A stretch of DNA of 39,115 nt from a virus (lineage: Duplodnaviria > Caudoviricetes), in the IMG/VR virus record IMGVR_UViG_3300044515_000043, positions 1-39,115 of that record, one strand, 5' to 3'. Each line of letters begins with the position of its first letter. Position 1 is the stretch's first letter. This document shows positions 34,841 through 39,115 of the stretch, piece after piece. The notes beneath the pieces are model-generated. The model had not been told where the DNA came from. It was given only the letters and a program-made list of their open reading frames with translations, and did not search any database. A program made the position numbers and the translations under genes.

Positions 34841-35586
34841 CGTTTCTTCCCCTTGTCGTCGCCGGCCAGGATGGCGGCGAATTCCTGTTCCATGACCAGC
34901 AGGGCCGGGTCGGCCAGCTTGACGCGACGCAGGCGGCCGTTTTCCATGACCCGGCCGGCCACCACGTCCTCGGGATCGTCGCCGTCGCAGGCGCGCAGGT
35001 AGCGCTCGGCGGCGTTGTCGACGTTCTGGCGGCTGAAGCCGACCAGCACCGCCAGGTTCGAGCTCGACGCCTCGCCGGCCACCTTGGCGATGGCGCAGGC
35101 CAGGGCCCTGGCGCTGCGCTGGCCGGGCGCGCGGCCGGCCAGCACCTCGTTGATCGGCAGGGCGCGATGGCGGCTCACCACCCGGCAGGCGGCGAACAGG
35201 CGCACCAGGTCGATGAGCAGCGGATCCTCGAGGTTGGCGGCCTGGGGCGCGAGGGGCTCCAGGCCGAAGGCGACGCGCGCCAGGCCGAAGCGCTCGAAGG
35301 CCAGCGTCTTGCGCCGGCGCAGCTTTTCGGCGGCCACCCAGTCGGCGAGGTCGGGGCGGATGACGGCCGGATCGAGGCCGGTGACGGCGGCGACGGCGAA
35401 CAGGCGGCGCTGGGGGACGGTCGCCCACTCGGCCACGGCCGATTTACTTACGCACAGGCCCCGCGCCAACGCCCGGAGGCCGCCGGCCGCCGCGAAAATC
35501 GGCTGCATTTGGGGGTGTCCGGGTGTGTCCGGTTTGCGCAACCCAGTTTGGCCCTTTTCGACCCGATTTTGCCCCCTGTCGGCCAT
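34837..35586 (-). CDS. Transcriptional regulator: Cro/YdaS-like HTH plus a DnaA-C-like HTH (start could be 35508)
   Basis: GGLRALARGLCVSKSAVAEW...IRPDL; ARALACAIA...NLAVLVGFSRQNV. Confidence 0.75.
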   Translation of the reverse strand: MADRGQNRVEKGQTGLRKPDTPGHPQMQPIFAAAGGLRALARGLCVSKSAVAEWATVPQRRLFAVAAVTGLDPAVIRPDLADWVAAEKLRRRKTLAFERFGLARVAFGLEPLAPQAANLEDPLLIDLVRLFAACRVVSRHRALPINEVLAGRAPGQRSARALACAIAKVAGEASSSNLAVLVGFSRQNVDNAAERYLRACDGDDPEDVVAGRVMENGRLRRVKLADPALLVMEQEFAAILAGDDKGKKR

Positions 35587-35587
35587 T

Positions 35588-35929
35588 CTAATCGACCCAC
35601 CAGGCCGGGCGCGGTTCGGACGGTTCGGCGACGCAGGCCGCCGTGAGCTCGGGCAGCACCAGGTCGCGGACGGCGTTGAGCGGCCCCTGCAGCACGTGGA
35701 ATAGGTGTGGCGGGGTGAGGCAGACGCCGGCGCCCAGCTCGATCAGGGCGCGCAGCTGCGGCCAGCGGGCCTTGTCGGCGGTGGGGAAGGCCCAGCGCTT
35801 GGCCTGGCGGCAGGTGCGCAGCAGGCGCGAGGTGCCGGGGTCGGCCGGCGGCCGCTCGATGGCCCTGGCCACCATCGCTCCCAGCTCGCGCCAGCGGGCC
35901 GCGTCGGCCGGTGTCCAATTGTGGGTCAA
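35588..35929 (-). CDS. Hypothetical protein (113 aa)
   Basis: TTG start overlapping the cro stop; high GC3; ends RPAWWVD. Confidence 0.65.
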   Translation of the reverse strand: MTHNWTPADAARWRELGAMVARAIERPPADPGTSRLLRTCRQAKRWAFPTADKARWPQLRALIELGAGVCLTPPHLFHVLQGPLNAVRDLVLPELTAACVAEPSEPRPAWWVD

Positions 35930-36162
35930 GCGATGACGCCGATGATCTCGCTGGCGGTGAACGGCGCGCCGAGCCTTCCGGCCAGGTCCAGCACCGTCGC
36001 CTGATGTCGCGCCGGGATCAGACCGCGCCCGGTCGTCTCCCACTTCCACACGGCGTTGGTGGTCAGATCACAGGCGCCGGCGATGCGCTTGGCGCCCAGG
36101 AGCCGGATCGCCCGGTGGGCGGGCGTTTCCCGCGCCTCCTGAATTTCATGGCCAAGCTGCAT
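35926..36162 (-). CDS. cro: Cro-like repressor (78 aa)
   Basis: IRLLGAKRIAGACDLTTNAVWKW...GLIPARHQ HTH; divergent from cI. Confidence 0.8.
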   Translation of the reverse strand: MQLGHEIQEARETPAHRAIRLLGAKRIAGACDLTTNAVWKWETTGRGLIPARHQATVLDLAGRLGAPFTASEIIGVIA

Positions 36163-36163
36163 T

Positions 36164-36252
36164 GTGGAACTTCCATGTGGACTGTATTTCCACGCCATGG
36201 CTCTGACTGTTCGCCAAACCCGTCAATGGCCTCTAACGGAAATATTTTCCAC
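36164..36252. promoter_or_regulatory. cI/cro divergent control region with palindromic operators GTGGA-N7-TCCAC
   Basis: GTGGACTGTATTTCCAC 36177-36193, ACGGAAATATTTTCCAC 36236-36252, GTGGAACTTCCAT 36164-36176. Confidence 0.7.
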
Positions 36253-36262
36253 GTTCGGGGGT

Positions 36263-36862
36263 ATGAGGCTCAACGACGTTCGCGGCCGGCTGAAGAACAT
36301 GCGCCGCAGCCAGGCCGACCTGGCGCGCCATCTCGAGCTCGATCCGTCGTCACTAGTGAAGGTACTCGCCGGCTCGCGGCGGGTCACCCCTGTCGAGGTC
36401 CTCAAGATCGAACAATACTTCGGCGAGGCGCTGGAGGTTGAAGGCGTCGGTCCGGTGGGCGCTCGCAAGGCGCGGGCCAGCTCACGCGTCCCGGTCTATG
36501 GCTACGCGGCCGCCGGCGGCGACGACAGGATCGCCTTCGCCGAAGATCGGGTGCTGGACTACATCGATCCACCGCCGTGGTGGAACGGCGCGGGCGAGCT
36601 GATCTATGTGCGCCTGGTGGGCGAGAGCATGGAGCCGCGCTACTTCTCGGGCGAGATCCTGCCAGTCAGGCTAAACGTGCCGCCCGCAAAAAATCAGGAC
36701 TGTCTGATATTGTTCAACGACGCCACCGCGATAGTTAAGACCTTCACCGGCCGCAGAGACGGCAAGGTGTGGGCGCTGCAATACAATGAGCGTAAAGAGG
36801 TTCACTTCGAAGCATCCAGCATCCAGGCGCTTCACGCGGTATGGAAACCGGGGATGTTCTAG
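36263..36862 (+). CDS. cI: cI-like repressor (XRE HTH plus S24 autopeptidase, 199 aa)
   Basis: SQADLARHLELDPSSLVKVLAGSRR; VYGYAAAG cleavage region; GESMEP (Ser) and IVKT (Lys). Confidence 0.92.
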   Translation: MRLNDVRGRLKNMRRSQADLARHLELDPSSLVKVLAGSRRVTPVEVLKIEQYFGEALEVEGVGPVGARKARASSRVPVYGYAAAGGDDRIAFAEDRVLDYIDPPPWWNGAGELIYVRLVGESMEPRYFSGEILPVRLNVPPAKNQDCLILFNDATAIVKTFTGRRDGKVWALQYNERKEVHFEASSIQALHAVWKPGMF

Positions 36863-37260
36863 GGGACGGCCGGGCCGCCCACCAATCCAAGGGCGATCTG
36901 ACCTGCGATCGCGGAAAATAGCGCCCACGCCCAGCGCCGCCGGCGGCGTTCTACCATGCGCCAAGAGCCCGGTGGCCTCGCGCCGCCCAGCCTGAACAGC
37001 AGGACCAGGAAGATACCCAGCGCGGCCGCCACATCGATCAGCAGGCCGACGTCGAATCGCTGAAGCGCGCGCTCCGGAAAGGCGGTCGCCGGGATGAGGG
37101 TCAGAAGGGTCAGAAGCCACCAAAACGCATCAGCCCCTCTTCCGACGGCGGCGGCCGTCATTTTCGGGAAGGGCTCCGGCCAATAGCCCTGCGAACGGGC
37201 GGCGGCCCAGAGCCACACGCCCAATCCGCCAGCCCATAGCCCCCACGCCACCAGCGCCAT
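36859..37260 (-). CDS. Multi-pass membrane protein (133 aa), possible superinfection exclusion
   Basis: About four hydrophobic segments; convergent with cI; atypical codon usage. Confidence 0.55.
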   Translation of the reverse strand: MALVAWGLWAGGLGVWLWAAARSQGYWPEPFPKMTAAAVGRGADAFWWLLTLLTLIPATAFPERALQRFDVGLLIDVAAALGIFLVLLFRLGGARPPGSWRMVERRRRRWAWALFSAIAGQIALGLVGGPAVP

Positions 37261-37316
37261 GGCCTAATTGGCCGGGAATTTCGGGCGCGCCGCTATCGAA
37301 ACTTCGTCCGCGTAGA

Positions 37317-37356
37317 ATGGACGTTGACAGCGTCCACGAATTATCCACCCATGCGC
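37317..37356 (+). promoter_or_regulatory. Early operon promoter/operator
   Basis: TTGACA at 37324-37329 bracketed by TGGAC/GTCCAC, plus a further TCCAC half-site like those of the cI/cro operators. Confidence 0.6.
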
Positions 37357-37392
37357 TCCACACCGGCGCTTCGCCCGGCGGGGACCTCTTGC

Positions 37393-37641
37393 ATGCCACA
37401 ACCCAACGCCACCTCGCAGCTGCGGCAGTTCGTCGAACGCCTCGAGGCGCTGGCGCTCGATCGCAAGCTGACCGACGAGGCGATCGCGGACACCTACCGC
37501 CAGGCCAAGGGAGCCGGGTTCGAGCCCAAGGCCCTGAAGGCCCTGCTGGCCCGGCGGGCGCGCGACGCCGTCCAGGCCGGCGAACAGGACGCCCTGGTCG
37601 ATGTCTACGCCGCCCAGCTGGCCGGCGAGGGGGCGGCGTGA
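37393..37641 (+). CDS. GapR-like (DUF2312) DNA-binding protein
   Basis: QLRQFVERLEAL...IADTYRQAKGAGFEPKALKALLARR...EQDALVDVY signature. Confidence 0.88.
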   Translation: MPQPNATSQLRQFVERLEALALDRKLTDEAIADTYRQAKGAGFEPKALKALLARRARDAVQAGEQDALVDVYAAQLAGEGAA

Positions 37642-37742
37642 ACCGGCCGCGCCGCGTCGAGGGGGCCATGCTGTGCGGGGTGATCTTCGCCCTCACCGGC
37701 CTGGCGGTGCTGGTGTTCGCCGGCCTGGCGGTGCTGCGATGA
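37638..37742 (+). CDS. Small single-TM protein (34 aa)
   Basis: GTGA/ATGA coupled; LCGVIFALTGLAVLVFAGLAVL. Confidence 0.65.
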   Translation: MNRPRRVEGAMLCGVIFALTGLAVLVFAGLAVLR

Positions 37743-37984
37743 GCGCGCCCTTGAGCATCGCCCAGCTGGCCGCCCTGCGGCTGCTGGCCGATGGCCGCCA
37801 CCACATCACACCGTGCAGCCGCGGCTACTGGCGCGGCGATCAGTTCGTCTACCGCACGACCGTCCGGGCCCTGCTGCGGCTGGGCTTTCTGGAATGGCGC
37901 GGGAGCGGGGCGCTGGGCGGCGGCGTCGTCGCCACCCCGCGTGGCCGGGCGATCGGCAAAACCCAGCTCGGGAGGAGCGCATGA
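37739..37984 (+). CDS. Winged-helix-like protein (81 aa)
   Basis: LSIAQLAALRLL...RTTVRALLRLGFLE...TPRGRA. Confidence 0.7.
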   Translation: MSAPLSIAQLAALRLLADGRHHITPCSRGYWRGDQFVYRTTVRALLRLGFLEWRGSGALGGGVVATPRGRAIGKTQLGRSA

Positions 37985-38106
37985 GCCATCTGGATGTGAT
38001 CTTCGACGACGGCCTGGACGAGGCCTTCGACGACTGTCCGATCGTCGAGGACGAGCCGGAGGCCGACGACGACGAGGACCTGATCGGCGAGGACGAGTTC
38101 GCATGA
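37981..38106 (+). CDS. Extremely acidic 41-aa peptide
   Basis: GGAGG RBS; ATGA-coupled on both sides; 19 of 41 residues are D/E, with no K/R. Confidence 0.75.
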   Translation: MSHLDVIFDDGLDEAFDDCPIVEDEPEADDDEDLIGEDEFA

Positions 38107-38360
38107 GCGTCGTCCGCTTCCAGCCCCGCGTCTTCGCCCGCCAGCGCGAGGATTTCCGCCGGGGCCTGCGCGTGGGCGCCCAGTGGGCGCTCCTGATGGC
38201 TCACCCGGCCGCATGGTGGGGCATCGGCGCGCTCTTGCCGCCACTGCCGCTGATCGCCAATTTCGGCGACGCCTACAGCCGCGGCGTTGTGCTGGGCGCG
38301 GGCCTGCCGCGCCCGCTGGTCTCCTGGCAGCCGCGCGGCCGGCCGTGGTGGCGGTCGTGA
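38103..38360 (+). CDS. Hypothetical protein (85 aa)
   Basis: ATGA/GTGA coupled chain. Confidence 0.65.
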   Translation: MSVVRFQPRVFARQREDFRRGLRVGAQWALLMAHPAAWWGIGALLPPLPLIANFGDAYSRGVVLGAGLPRPLVSWQPRGRPWWRS

Positions 38361-38518
38361 AAGCGCCCACCGATCCCGCCGAGGCCAAACGCCTCGCCGC
38401 CCGCCAGGCCGCCTACGAGGACGGCCGCCGCGCCTGGCGCGAGGCCCACGGCGTCGTCGAAGCGCCCATCCCCATCGTCGAGCCCAAGGGCCCGCTCGAA
38501 GAAGTCCCGGCCGACTAG
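38357..38518 (+). CDS. Hypothetical protein (53 aa)
   Basis: GTGA coupling; high GC3. Confidence 0.6.
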   Translation: MKAPTDPAEAKRLAARQAAYEDGRRAWREAHGVVEAPIPIVEPKGPLEEVPAD

Positions 38519-38564
38519 CCGGTCACAAGTTCCGCAACGGTCAAACCCCGAAAGGATCCTGACT

Positions 38565-39115
38565 ATGGACGCACTCACCATCGACCACGACGTGGCCGCC
38601 AAGAACATCGAAACCTACGCCGCCGAGGGGCGGCTGGTCCAAAGCAGCTGGCATAGACCCGGCGGGGCCGTCGACGGCCGCGACGTGGCCTGCCTGCTGG
38701 GGGCCATTCATCCCAGCATCGACAGCGTCCAGGCCTGCCCGGCCGACCTCATGCCGCGTTGGATGGGCCATCTGACCGTGCGCCTGTTCGATGGCGTCCC
38801 TAGCGCCCGCATCAACGAATTCGCCCTGGCCTACGCCGTGCGCCTGCACCGCTGGAAGGTGATCGACACCGAGGGCTGGGAGCGCGTGCGCAGGGCGTTC
38901 ATCTCCAGCGTCCTTACCGACGCCATGGCCGGCTGGACCGCGCGGATCGGCGACAAGCCGACGCCGCAATGGGAGGCGATCCGCGCGGTCCACGGCCGGC
39001 TCCTGGCGTTGCTGCTGAGCGGAACCGCCAAGCGCGCCGACTACAGCGCCCTCTGCACCGAAGCCTCGGAGATGCGCCGTCAGGCCTGGCGCAACTACGA
39101 CGAAGCCGTGCGCCG
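38565..39115 (+). CDS. 5' part of the Ala-rich phage protein (continues at 153..552)
   Basis: AAAGGA RBS, ATG 38565 (MDALTIDHDV...ACLLG...CPADLMPRW...LFDG); open to the end of the window. Confidence 0.85.
   Translation, partial: MDALTIDHDVAAKNIETYAAEGRLVQSSWHRPGGAVDGRDVACLLGAIHPSIDSVQACPADLMPRWMGHLTVRLFDGVPSARINEFALAYAVRLHRWKVIDTEGWERVRRAFISSVLTDAMAGWTARIGDKPTPQWEAIRAVHGRLLALLLSGTAKRADYSALCTEASEMRRQAWRNYDEAVR
38990..39115. repeat. Terminal direct repeat, copy 2 (identical to 27..152)
   Basis: 126 bp exact match. Confidence 0.93.

Overview
The window is an apparently complete ~38.96 kb, ~70% GC temperate podovirus genome. It is circularly permuted: 27..152 is identical to 38990..39115. The host is most likely an alphaproteobacterium, plausibly Caulobacteraceae (GapR homolog, RcGTA-type spike-base domain). 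The + strand carries the cI repressor and an early operon (GapR-like protein, small ORFs, Ala-rich protein, ASCH, excisionase-like protein, tyrosine integrase), followed by an attP-like non-coding region. The - strand carries Cro, primase/helicase and a likely origin, terS/terL, and a BPP-1/T7-type virion module: portal, scaffold, capsid, tail tube A/B, ejection proteins and a collagen/SGNH tail fibre. Most unusual points: (1) two capsid-spike/fibre-like late proteins with Sec signal peptides, in a genome with no recognisable endolysin; (2) two adjacent late proteins sharing an identical PVTMPPIPNP tail, with only synonymous DNA differences; (3) tandem divergent Tad2/DUF2829 anti-defence genes between the ejection-protein genes; (4) one IHF-box + AAGTCGGACG module present both at attP and at the terS 3' end; (5) a multi-hairpin RNA with an anti-Shine-Dalgarno segment at the end of the late operon; (6) a G11 tract and a split tail-nozzle gene that may be frameshift switches or assembly errors; (7) a 106-codon G-N-G microsatellite. 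All family assignments come from motif recognition by eye, not from database searches.
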